From assembly GCA_035310805.1 (NCBI GenBank), contig DATGDO010000245.1, positions 1-52,513 on the forward strand: 52,513 bases of DNA, given 5' to 3'. This DNA is from Solirubrobacterales bacterium (GTDB lineage: Bacteria > Actinomycetota > Thermoleophilia > Solirubrobacterales > 70-9). The position numbers and the translations under genes are program-made. Numbering within the stretch: the stretch's first letter is position 1; each line of letters starts with the position of its first letter. Under the pieces are notes generated by a model, which searched no databases, was not told where the DNA came from, and was given only the letters and a program-made list of their open reading frames with translations. Positions 26,792 through 35,692 of this stretch are shown here, piece after piece.

Positions 26792-27424
26792 ATGGCAGGT
26801 CTCGAGCTTCCGATCTTCGAGCTGCCGCTGGTCCTCCTCCCCGGCGAGCGGGTCCCGCTGCACATCTTCGAGGACCGCTACAAGCGGATGGTTGGGGCCG
26901 CGCTCGAGCAGGGGGAGCCGTTCGGGATCGTCCTGCGCGACGACGAGGGCGCTCGCTCGATCGGCTGCACGGCGCGCATCGACGACGTGCTTGAGCGCTT
27001 CGACGACGGGCGCATGAACATCGTGGTGAGCGGCGAGGCTCCCTTCAAGGTGCTCGACCGCTTCGAGTCGACGGACTACCCGAGGGGAGAGGTCGAGCTG
27101 ATCGGAGACGAAGGCTTGCCGCCGGTCGACGGCGCGTCCGCGAGCGCGGCAAGGGAGGCCTTCGCCGAGCTCGCCGAGCGGGCCACCGGCGAGCGGCCCG
27201 AGCCCGAGGAACTCGACGGCGCCAGCGCCTACTCGATCGCCTCGCGGATCGAGTTGCCGCCGGAGACCAAGCAGCGGCTGCTCGAGATGCGGGACGAGGA
27301 CGACCGGATGGCGCTGCTGGCGAACGCGCTGGGCGCCGTCGGCAAGGCGCTGGAGCGAGCCGAGGAGGCAGCCGAGCGGGCCAGCGGCAACGGCAAGGTC
27401 CACTTCCCCGGTCTGCCCGAGTAG
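26792..27424 (+). CDS. LON N-terminal substrate-binding domain protein
   Basis: LPIFELPLVLLPGERVPLHIFEDRYKRMV and the following LON-N pattern. There is no AAA or protease domain. Confidence 0.7.
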   Translation: MAGLELPIFELPLVLLPGERVPLHIFEDRYKRMVGAALEQGEPFGIVLRDDEGARSIGCTARIDDVLERFDDGRMNIVVSGEAPFKVLDRFESTDYPRGEVELIGDEGLPPVDGASASAAREAFAELAERATGERPEPEELDGASAYSIASRIELPPETKQRLLEMRDEDDRMALLANALGAVGKALERAEEAAERASGNGKVHFPGLPE

Positions 27425-27522
27425 GGCTGCCGCGGGCGCCTTCGGTGGTGCCCACGCCACGACCGGGTCGGTCTACTACCGCCCATCGCCGCGGAGTGGC
27501 TGCCCATCGAACGCTGATCGAG

Positions 27523-29091
27523 CTAGGCGAAGGCGACGGCGCCGCCCCGGCGCGGGTCGCCGCCGCCGCTCAGCTCACCGCTGGCGGGATCCCTGGCGAC
27601 GGCCTGGACGCCGCCGAAGTAGAGGTTCTTGCGCTTCCATCGAACGACCGGGACTCCGCGTCGCTCGAGGTCATCCAGTTCATCGTCGTCGACCCCCGGC
27701 TCGGCCTGGACGGTGCCGGCCTCGAAGTGAAGGCGGCCGGCGATCACCGCTTCCCTTGCGTCCATCCCCTGGTCCAGCACCCTGACGGCGGTCTGCAGGA
27801 TTGCCGAGCGGATCCGGTTCGAGCCGGCGCTGCCCAGGCCGAGGACGACCTCTCCGTCGCGCAGCGCCAGCGTCGGCGACATCATCGAGCTCACCCGCCG
27901 CCCGGGAGGGATCCGGTGGAAGCCGTGGGGATTGAGGTCCTCCTCGCCGAGCATGTTGTTGACGTGCACCCCGGTCCCGGGCACGACGACCCCGGAGCCG
28001 GTCCCGTTCGAGCAGGTGACCGTCGCGCAGTTCCCGTCGGCGTCGAGCACAGCGACGTGGGTGGTGGACCCGAGCCGGTCCTCCGGATGATCGGGTCCGC
28101 CGGCCCCGCCGTGGCCCCCGGCCCACTCGCCGCCCCGGATCCGGGCGGCGACCGCGTCGAGGTCCGAGGCGAGGAAGCGCTTCACGTAGCCCTCGTCGTG
28201 GAGGCCCTCGTGGAAGTCGTCCGAGCGCCGCGCATTGGCAGCCTCCGAGACCGCGACGATCTCCTCCACCCCGCTCCTCCCGAGGCGTTCCAGCAGCCCC
28301 AGCGAGTAGCCGATCAGGATTCCGCCGGACGACGGCGGCGGGTTGGTGAGCACCTGGTGCCCCCGGAAGCGCGCCGTAACGGGTTCGCGCTCGATCGGCT
28401 CATACGCAGCCATGTCGCCCATCCCCAACGTCCCACCGCGCTCGCGGACCCAATCGCAGACCGCCCTCGCCGTCTCCCCGCGATAGAACGGCTCCGACCC
28501 CTCCGCCGCGAAGCGCTCGAGCGCCTCCGCCATCTCCGGGTAGTGGAAGGTGTCGCCCTCGACCAGTTGCCTGCCCGCGGGCGTGTAGAGGGCGGCCGAT
28601 TCCGGGCTGGAGGTCAGGATCGGGTGCAGGATCTCGTGGAAGTACTCCGCCTCGGCCGTCAGCAGGACGCCCTCGCGCCCGAGCTCGATGCCCGGCTTCG
28701 CGAGCCGCTCGAGCGGCACGGAGCCGAAGCGCCGCCAGACGTGCTCGAGTCCGGCGGGCGTCCCCGGCACCCCGCAGGACGCCGCGCCACAGTTGAAGGT
28801 CTGCGGCGTCTCGTCGAAGTAGACGGGGATCGGCAGGAGCTCGGCCCCCCGCTCCGCCCCGTCGGCGCCGCCCGCCGCAACGAAGAAGTCGATCAGGGTG
28901 TCCCCGCCGCCCTCGTGAACCATCATGAAGCCGCCCGCCCCGAAGCCCGTCAGCTGGCTCTCGCAGACGAACGAGGTGAGCACGGCGCAGATCGCCGCGT
29001 CCACGGCGTTGCCCCCTTCACGCAGGACCTGCGCGCCGGCCTCCGCGGTCAGGGGATGTCCCGCAGCGACGACTCCGTTCAGCTCTGGCAT
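27523..29091 (-). CDS. ggt: gamma-glutamyltranspeptidase
   Basis: 522 aa with the autoprocessing/nucleophile region (GSTTHVAVLDADGN) and NNMLGEEDLNP. Confidence 0.9.
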   Translation of the reverse strand: MPELNGVVAAGHPLTAEAGAQVLREGGNAVDAAICAVLTSFVCESQLTGFGAGGFMMVHEGGGDTLIDFFVAAGGADGAERGAELLPIPVYFDETPQTFNCGAASCGVPGTPAGLEHVWRRFGSVPLERLAKPGIELGREGVLLTAEAEYFHEILHPILTSSPESAALYTPAGRQLVEGDTFHYPEMAEALERFAAEGSEPFYRGETARAVCDWVRERGGTLGMGDMAAYEPIEREPVTARFRGHQVLTNPPPSSGGILIGYSLGLLERLGRSGVEEIVAVSEAANARRSDDFHEGLHDEGYVKRFLASDLDAVAARIRGGEWAGGHGGAGGPDHPEDRLGSTTHVAVLDADGNCATVTCSNGTGSGVVVPGTGVHVNNMLGEEDLNPHGFHRIPPGRRVSSMMSPTLALRDGEVVLGLGSAGSNRIRSAILQTAVRVLDQGMDAREAVIAGRLHFEAGTVQAEPGVDDDELDDLERRGVPVVRWKRKNLYFGGVQAVARDPASGELSGGGDPRRGGAVAFA

Positions 29092-29124
29092 CAGGCCCGC
29101 AGCGTAGGCGGGTCCGCGGCCGCG

Positions 29125-30756
29125 CTAGTTCTCGGGGCTGAATTCCGGCACGTCGAGGACGCGACCGTCCAGCCGGCGCGGCTGGGTCGGTGGACGATCA
29201 CGGGGATCGCGCCCCGAGCCCCCGTCGCCGTAGAGCTCCTCGGCGCTGCCCGAACGCGGTCGGGGCGTCCCGCTGCCGCGCCAGTCGCCGACCGGGTCGG
29301 AGTAGCGCTCCGGCCGCAGCGCCGCGTCCCTGTCCGGGGTGCGCGGCTCGCGCGGCTCGGTGCGCCGGTCAAACCGGTGACTGCGGACATCAGCCGGATC
29401 GAAGCGGGTGGCGATCACGGTGATCCACACCTCCTCGCCGATGTCCTCGTCCACGCTGGCCCCGAAGATGATGTTCGCCTCGGGGTGGGCAGCCTCCTTG
29501 ACGACCGCCGCGGCCTCGCTCGCCTCGATCAGGGAGAGGTCGGGTCCACCGGTGATCGAGAGCAGCATGGAGCGCGCGCCCTCGACGGAGGTCTCGAGCA
29601 GCGGTGAGGAGACCGCCTTCTCGGCGGCCAGGGTCGCCCTGTGCTCGCCGACGCCCATGCCGATGCCGAGGATCGCGTTGCCCGCCTCGATCATCGTGGT
29701 GCGCACATCGGCGAAGTCGAGGTTGATCAGACCCGGCAGCATCACCAGGTCGGAGATTCCCTGCACGGCCTGGCGCAGGACGTCGTCGGCGACCCGGAAG
29801 GCGTCGACGATCGAGGTGCGTCGCTCGAGGATCGTCAGCAGGCGCTCGTTGGGGACGACGATCATCGTGTCGACCTCTTTGCCCAGCGCGGCGATCCCCT
29901 CCTCGGCCTGAGCGGCGCGACGGGCGCCCTCGAAAGCGAAGGGCCTGGTGACGGCAGCGACCGTCAGCGCGCCGATGTCTCGGGCCAGCTTCGCAACCAC
30001 CGGGGCGGCCCCGGTGCCGGTGCCGCCTCCGGAGCCGGAGGCGAGGAACACCATGTCGGATCCCTTGAGCAGCTCCTTGATCTTGTCCTGCTCCTCGAAG
30101 GCCGCGCGGTAGCCCACCCGGGGATCCGAGCCGGAGCCCAGGCCGCGAGTCAGCTCTGCGCCGATGTGAAGCGTGACGTCGGCCCTCGAGCTCTGCAGCG
30201 ACTGAAGATCCGTGTTGATCGCTACGAACTCCACGCCGGGTAGCTCGGCCTCGACCATCCTGTTGACCGCGTTGACGCCGGCCCCGCCGATGCCGACCAC
30301 CCGCAGGACGGCCTGGTGCGTTCTCGGCACAACGGGCTGCCGGGCGGCGGGCTGATCGGTCGAGGGCTCCTCGCGGCCGAACCTCGGCCGCCGCTCTCTG
30401 CCGGGTCCGCCCATCAGGCGCTCCAGGCCCTCGTGGTGGATCTCGGGGGCTTCGACGACCACCTTCGCCCCGGCAACGGGCTCCGGCGGGGTCGGCTCGG
30501 GAACCGGCTGCGGGCCGGGAAGCGGCTCGGGCACGGGATCGGGGGTCGGCTCCGGAACGGGCTCCGGGGTGGGCTCCGGAACGGGCTCGGGAGTAGGCGT
30601 CTCCCCGACGGGCGCCTCGACGGCGACCTCAACCTGGCCGGCGCCACCGTCGTTGGCGGTGACCCTGACCTGATCGGGCGCGACCGACTCGTCGGTCGTG
30701 CGGAAGAGATCGGCGAGGGGGCCCTCGCGCATGCTGGCGCGCTTGTTACGAGCCAT
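29125..30756 (-). CDS. ftsZ: FtsZ with ~150-aa N-terminal extension
   Basis: Core motifs LRVVGIGGAGVNAVNRM, tubulin signature GSGGGTGTGAAP, NTDLQSL, and C-terminal peptide LDVPEFS. ATG 30756 overlaps the parA stop by 11 nt. The extension keeps high third-position G/C. The alternative internal ATG is at 30414. Confidence 0.85.
   Translation of the reverse strand: MARNKRASMREGPLADLFRTTDESVAPDQVRVTANDGGAGQVEVAVEAPVGETPTPEPVPEPTPEPVPEPTPDPVPEPLPGPQPVPEPTPPEPVAGAKVVVEAPEIHHEGLERLMGGPGRERRPRFGREEPSTDQPAARQPVVPRTHQAVLRVVGIGGAGVNAVNRMVEAELPGVEFVAINTDLQSLQSSRADVTLHIGAELTRGLGSGSDPRVGYRAAFEEQDKIKELLKGSDMVFLASGSGGGTGTGAAPVVAKLARDIGALTVAAVTRPFAFEGARRAAQAEEGIAALGKEVDTMIVVPNERLLTILERRTSIVDAFRVADDVLRQAVQGISDLVMLPGLINLDFADVRTTMIEAGNAILGIGMGVGEHRATLAAEKAVSSPLLETSVEGARSMLLSITGGPDLSLIEASEAAAVVKEAAHPEANIIFGASVDEDIGEEVWITVIATRFDPADVRSHRFDRRTEPREPRTPDRDAALRPERYSDPVGDWRGSGTPRPRSGSAEELYGDGGSGRDPRDRPPTQPRRLDGRVLDVPEFSPEN
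30478..30600 (-). repeat. imperfect tandem DNA repeats encoding a Pro/Glu linker (TPTPEPVPEPTPEPVPEPTPDPVPEPLPGPQPVPEPTPPEPV) inside ftsZ
   Basis: Read directly: reiterated ggctccggaacggg / ggctcggg units on the plus strand, with a PEPxP periodicity in translation. Confidence 0.8.
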
Positions 30757-31726
30757 GGGTGAGGACCTCCTTTGCGAGCTCGCGGTAGGCACCCGCGGCC
30801 TTCGACTTCGGGTCGTACTTGAGGACCGAGGTGCCGCGGACCGGCGCCTCGGCGAACTTGATCGCCTTGCGGATCCGCGACTTGAAGACGAGCTCCCCGA
30901 AGTTCTCCTCGAGGATCTCCACGGCCTCCTTGGCATGGACGGTCCGCGAGTCGAGCATCGTCGGGAGGATGCCCTCGATCTCGACGCCGGGGTTGAGGTT
31001 CTCCCGGATCATCTGAAGCGTGTTCTGAAGCTGCACGAGGCCGCGCATCGAGAGGTACTCGCACTGGACCGGCACGATCACCTTGTCGGCGGCGGTCAGG
31101 GCGTTGACGGTCAGCAGCCCGAGGCTGGGCGGCGTGTCGATGCAGACGAAGTCGTAGTCGTTGCGGACGCCCTCCAGGCCCTTCTGCAGCGCCCGCTCGC
31201 GCCCGATCTGGGTGCTCATCGCGATCTCGGCGCCGGCCAGGTCGATCGAGGCGACGGCGACGTCGATCTCGCGCTCGACGATCACCTCGCTGATCGGGAT
31301 CCGGTGGACGAGCACGTCGAACATGCTCTTCTCGACCTTGTCGGGGTCGACGCCCTGGCTCATCGTCAGGTTGCCCTGCGGGTCCATGTCGACGGCGAGG
31401 ACGCGATGACCGGACTCCTTGAAGGCGACGGCGAGGTTCAGCGCCGTGGTCGTCTTGGCGACGCCGCCCTTCTGGTTCGCGAAGGCGATCACCTTGGCCG
31501 GGCCCTTGTTCTTGGGGGAATCGGGCTGCTTGGCCGGGCCGGAGGCGCCATTCGGAGCGTCGCTCCTGGGCTCGTCGGCGGCCTTGCCGTTGGTGGACCC
31601 AGACTCGGCCTGATCGGCCTCGCCTGAATCCTTTCTCTCAGGCGTCGGCGCGACCAGGTCCTCGGGCTTCATACGCCCCGCCTCGTCGACGGTTTGGGTG
31701 ACGTGCTTTCGGAGAAATCTGGGCAT
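30746..31726 (-). CDS. orphan ParA/Soj-family ATPase (PldP-like) with low-complexity N-terminal extension
   Basis: Deviant Walker A NQKGGVAKTTTALNL, plus VLAVDMDPQGN and FVCIDTPPSLG. No parB gene is adjacent. The alternative start ATG 31672 has GAGG upstream. Confidence 0.85.
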   Translation of the reverse strand: MPRFLRKHVTQTVDEAGRMKPEDLVAPTPERKDSGEADQAESGSTNGKAADEPRSDAPNGASGPAKQPDSPKNKGPAKVIAFANQKGGVAKTTTALNLAVAFKESGHRVLAVDMDPQGNLTMSQGVDPDKVEKSMFDVLVHRIPISEVIVEREIDVAVASIDLAGAEIAMSTQIGRERALQKGLEGVRNDYDFVCIDTPPSLGLLTVNALTAADKVIVPVQCEYLSMRGLVQLQNTLQMIRENLNPGVEIEGILPTMLDSRTVHAKEAVEILEENFGELVFKSRIRKAIKFAEAPVRGTSVLKYDPKSKAAGAYRELAKEVLTHGS

Positions 31727-31789
31727 CTATGGGCGCTATTTCGCAGGCGAGGCCCGCTTTCCTTCTCCTGGTTGGAAGAATCCGCGCGC

Positions 31790-32710
31790 ATGACTGATCT
31801 GCTCGACAAGCGATTGGCCTTCGTCACCGGCAAGGGCGGCGTCGGCAAGTCGACGATCTCGATTGCCCTCGGCCTCGCCGCGGCCTCGCGAGGCATGCGG
31901 ACGATCGTCTGCGAGATCGGCGGCCAGGAGACAGCCTCACGCATGTTCAGGCGCGCGGAGGTGGGCTTCCACGAGGTCGAGGTGGCGGACAACCTCTGGG
32001 CTATTTCGATCGACCCCGACCACTCCCTGCGCGAGTACCTGCTCTTGCAGCTCAAGGTCCGCGCGATGCGCGACATGCTGGTGCGCTCCAAGATCTTCAA
32101 CTACCTGGCGGCCGCCACGCCCGGGCTCAAGGAGCTGGTCACGATCGGAAAGATCTGGGAGCTCGCCCAGCCCGACCGCCGGGTGAAGAAGGCACAGGAC
32201 TACGACATCGTGATCGTCGACGCGCCGGCGACCGGCCACGGCATCGGTTTCCTGCAGACGCCGCGCACGTTCGCGGGGATCGCCCGGGTCGGACCCGTCC
32301 ACTCACAGGCGCAGGAGCTCGACCGGTTCATCACCGACCACGACGCGACCGGCGTCGCGATCGTCTCGCTGCCCGAGGAGATGCCGGTCAACGAGTCGGC
32401 CTCCCTCGAGCAGCAGCTCACCGACGACATCGGGATGTCCGTCGACCGCGTCTACATGAACGCGCTCTACCCGGAGCGCTTCGCCAAGGACGAGGCCTCC
32501 CAGCTCGAGAGGGCGCTCGAGCAGGCCGACGGGCCCGCCCGGGCAGCCGTGCGGGCCGCGCTCTCGGAGTACCGCCGCTCGCGCTCCCAGCGGGCGCAGC
32601 TGCAGCGCCTGAAGCGGGCGGTCTCCTCCCCCGTCAAGACCCTGCCATTCATCTTCAAGCCCTCCCTCGACGTGCCCTCCCTGGAGCGCCTGGCTGGGGC
32701 CCTGGTCTGA
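31790..32710 (+). CDS. ArsA/Get3-like P-loop ATPase (first of pair)
   Basis: TGKGGVGKSTISIALG and DIVIVDAPATGHG. It resembles the first member of the conserved actinobacterial ArsA-like pair (Rv3679-like). Confidence 0.75.
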   Translation: MTDLLDKRLAFVTGKGGVGKSTISIALGLAAASRGMRTIVCEIGGQETASRMFRRAEVGFHEVEVADNLWAISIDPDHSLREYLLLQLKVRAMRDMLVRSKIFNYLAAATPGLKELVTIGKIWELAQPDRRVKKAQDYDIVIVDAPATGHGIGFLQTPRTFAGIARVGPVHSQAQELDRFITDHDATGVAIVSLPEEMPVNESASLEQQLTDDIGMSVDRVYMNALYPERFAKDEASQLERALEQADGPARAAVRAALSEYRRSRSQRAQLQRLKRAVSSPVKTLPFIFKPSLDVPSLERLAGALV

Positions 32711-33855
32711 TGCCGACGATCACCGACATCGTCGAGGGACGCGGGATCTGCATCTGCGCGGGCTCGGGGGGCGTGGGCAAGACCACGACCTCGGCCGCGC
32801 TGGCCGCCGGCCTCGCGGCGCGGGGCCAAAAGGTCGCCGTGCTCACGATCGACCCAGCCAAGCGCCTTGCGGACTCCCTGGGCCTGACCGAGCTCGAGAA
32901 CACGCCCAGGCGCGTCGACCCGAAGCTCTTCGAGCGCGCCGGCATCGAGATGCAGGGCGAGCTCTGGGCGATGATGCTCGACGCCAAGGCGACCTTCGAC
33001 GAGCTCGTGCGCAAGCACGCGCCGGACGCCGAGACGCGCGACCGAATACTCGAGAACCGGATCTACCGGCAGCTCTCCAACGCCTTGGCGGGCTCTCAGG
33101 AGTACATGGCGATGGAGAAGCTCTTCGAGCTCCACCAGGAGGGCCGTTACGACTTCCTCGTCCTCGACACGCCGCCCTCGCGCAACGCCCTCGACTTCCT
33201 CGACGCTCCGAAGCGGCTCACCCAGTTCATCGAGGGGCGCGGGATGCAGATGTTCATGAGGCCGACGGGCTTTGCGACCAAGGTCGTCGGCCGCGGCAGC
33301 TCGATGGCCTTCAGCGTGCTGAAGCGGGTGACCGGCCTCGACATGCTCTCCGACCTGAGCGAGTTCTTCCAGGCCTTTAGCGGCATGGTCGACGGTTTCC
33401 GGGAGCGGGCCAAGCGGGTCTCGGAGCTGCTCGCCGACCCGGCGACCACCTTCGTCGTCGTCTGCGGACCGCAGGGCGAGCCGATCGAGGAGGCCGTCTA
33501 CTTCCACCGCAAGCTGGTCGAGGCCAGGCTGCCGGTTGGCGGCGTGATCGTCAACAAGGTGCACTACGAGGCCGAATCGGAGGCGGAGGGCGAGGCCGAG
33601 GCTGACCTCCACGGCCTCCTCGACGACGACCTGGCCGAACGGGTCGCGCACAACTTCTCCGACTACCAGGCGCTCGCCCAGCGTGACGCCAAGAACGTCC
33701 GCCACCTCGAGCGCGAGCTCAATCCAAGGGCCGTGATCCGGGTCCCCTATCTGGACGAGGACGTGCACGATCTCGACGCCCTGCTCAAGATCGATCGCTA
33801 CCTGTTCGCGACCGAGGAGCAGCGCGAGGAGCTGGCGGCCTCAGGCGCTGCGTAG
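32710..33855 (+). CDS. ArsA/Get3-like P-loop ATPase (second of pair)
   Basis: GSGGVGKTTTSAALA, TIDPAKRLADSLGL and FLVLDTPPSRNALDFL. Its ATG overlaps the upstream stop (TGATG). Rv3680-like. Confidence 0.75.
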   Translation: MPTITDIVEGRGICICAGSGGVGKTTTSAALAAGLAARGQKVAVLTIDPAKRLADSLGLTELENTPRRVDPKLFERAGIEMQGELWAMMLDAKATFDELVRKHAPDAETRDRILENRIYRQLSNALAGSQEYMAMEKLFELHQEGRYDFLVLDTPPSRNALDFLDAPKRLTQFIEGRGMQMFMRPTGFATKVVGRGSSMAFSVLKRVTGLDMLSDLSEFFQAFSGMVDGFRERAKRVSELLADPATTFVVVCGPQGEPIEEAVYFHRKLVEARLPVGGVIVNKVHYEAESEAEGEAEADLHGLLDDDLAERVAHNFSDYQALAQRDAKNVRHLERELNPRAVIRVPYLDEDVHDLDALLKIDRYLFATEEQREELAASGAA

Positions 33856-33861
33856 CTAAAG

Positions 33862-35547
33862 CTAGCCGCTCTGCTTCCTCTCGTACCGAAGCTCGCCGAC
33901 GGTCCAGTCGGTCGCGTCCGGGACCGGGAAGAGGTAGCGGACCCGGTCCTTCGAGGGCTCGCGGTCCGCGCTGCGATTGCGCCTTGGTCTCGCGAAGGCG
34001 GGCCATTCGGGCTCGCCGTCGCCAGCACTGAACCAATCGGCTCGATCCCCGGGCTCGGGCTGGGTCGTGGCGCGAGGCTCGCTCTCGGCTCCCATTAGAC
34101 GCGGTAGTTCGACGTCATCGACGACGATCCTCGTCGTCGGTTGCCGATCCTCCTCGCCTGCCCGGACGGAGAAATCGTCCAATTGGTTCGTCTCCGGCCC
34201 AGTTTCCTCTTCGGCCTTGTGAACGGAGATCTCGTCATCGGCGAGGTGGCCGTCGGCGATCGCCGAGAGCTCGAGCTTCTCCTCGGGCATCTCGGGCAGG
34301 CGCCACTCGGCTGTCTCCCCGATACCCGGAGTCTCGACGTGCGTCGCCGAGAGACCGTGGGAGAGCAGGACCTCATCGGCGGCGGCCCGCAGGTCTCCTC
34401 CCAGCTCCCCGGTCGCGAGACCCTTGAGCAGCCGCCGCAGCAGCTCCTCCAGCTCCGCGATCACATCCAGCGGCGAGGCGCCGGCCGCTGGCCGGTAGCG
34501 CCCGCCGCTCATCAGCTTTCTCTCGATCGCCAGGCCGCGCTCGACGGTGACCCGGCCCTGCTCGCGCTCGTTTGGCTCGCAGGCGAGCGCCGCGACGCGG
34601 GCGGACAGCGAGGTCCTCGCCGGACCGCCACCCTCCAGCAGGCCCCGGAGGGCGAGCAGGTAATCGCTCAGCGCCTCGATCAGTGATCCGCGCTCGGCTC
34701 CCAGCTCGAATCGGGATGCCGCCCAGTCGAGCTGGGGAACCCGCGAGCCCCGTTCGGCGAGCATGCGCGAGAAGCTCTCCAGCTCGGCGACCTCGTTGCC
34801 GGTCAGCCGGTAGCCGCCCTGGCGGGGGCGGCCGACGCCGGTGCCGAAGCGCTCCCAGCCGCCGGAGCGCCTCGCCCAGCCGTGGGAGGCGAGCCCGACC
34901 GCACCTGGCCTGAACAACCTCATGGTGCGAAGGGCGCGGCGAAGGTCGTCGGCCACCGCGGCGGCCGGGGCGACCGCGGCCAGTCCGCAGCTCAGGCAGG
35001 CGAGAAAGCCCGGCTTCCCCCGTCCCCCGGAGCGGGTTGCCTCGACCGCGTCGAGTGGCGCGTCCTCGACCAGGTCGGCGCGCACGATTCGAACCCCGTC
35101 GAGCTCGATCTCGTCCTTCGGCATGTGGAAGCCGACCAGCGGGACGATCACCTCACCGGCCGGCGTGGCCTCCTCCGAGTCCGACCGGATCATCGAGAGG
35201 ACCCCGTCGATCGCGCCGCGCAGCCTGTCTCCGGCCACGTCGAACTCGGCCTTGCCCTGCCAGAGGCCGACCATGAAGCCGATCGCGGCATCCTCGCCCG
35301 CGATCTCACGCACCTCAACGAAGGCCTCCAGGCGGCGCAGCTCGGCCAGATGGCGCTCGATGAACTGCCCCGTCAGGGGGGCGTAGGAGAACATCGGCAG
35401 CGGCCCGTCGTCTGAGGGCTCGAGGTCGAAGGGCATCTCCGCCCCGCTCGCGAGCAGCTCCTCGAAGAGGTCGGCCGCCTCCACCGCGAGGCGCCTCAGC
35501 GCCTCCTCGAGCCTGTCCGTCGTGCTCTCGAGCATCGTCACGCGCAC
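33862..35547 (-). CDS. large hypothetical protein (561 aa), no recognisable domain, acidic disordered C-terminal third
   Basis: Long ORF with coding-like third-position G/C and a GTG start (ATG 35535 is the alternative). No motif I can assign. Confidence 0.55.
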   Translation of the reverse strand: MRVTMLESTTDRLEEALRRLAVEAADLFEELLASGAEMPFDLEPSDDGPLPMFSYAPLTGQFIERHLAELRRLEAFVEVREIAGEDAAIGFMVGLWQGKAEFDVAGDRLRGAIDGVLSMIRSDSEEATPAGEVIVPLVGFHMPKDEIELDGVRIVRADLVEDAPLDAVEATRSGGRGKPGFLACLSCGLAAVAPAAAVADDLRRALRTMRLFRPGAVGLASHGWARRSGGWERFGTGVGRPRQGGYRLTGNEVAELESFSRMLAERGSRVPQLDWAASRFELGAERGSLIEALSDYLLALRGLLEGGGPARTSLSARVAALACEPNEREQGRVTVERGLAIERKLMSGGRYRPAAGASPLDVIAELEELLRRLLKGLATGELGGDLRAAADEVLLSHGLSATHVETPGIGETAEWRLPEMPEEKLELSAIADGHLADDEISVHKAEEETGPETNQLDDFSVRAGEEDRQPTTRIVVDDVELPRLMGAESEPRATTQPEPGDRADWFSAGDGEPEWPAFARPRRNRSADREPSKDRVRYLFPVPDATDWTVGELRYERKQSG

Positions 35548-35692
35548 TGGATTCGCTCGCCGCCGCGGGCGTTCCTGCGCGTGCAGGCTGAATTGCAGGC
35601 GCTCGCCACCAGATCGCGTCGCCAGGCGTCCGCCCTGCCCAAGTCGCTTCGGCTTCGCCCTCCGTTGCCGCAGTGGAGCGGCCTGGTCGCCG

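Noticed and set aside
30478-30600. Tandem repeats considered as a possible CRISPR array or minisatellite
   Set aside because: The units are short (12-18 nt), degenerate, without spacers, in frame, and encode a PEPxP linker inside ftsZ. This is not a CRISPR array.
30757-30936. Extra 60 N-terminal codons of the 603-aa FtsZ ORF (start at 30936)
   Set aside because: This stretch overlaps the conserved C-terminus of parA in another frame and translates to RRSS-rich low complexity. ATG 30756 is the first plausible start.
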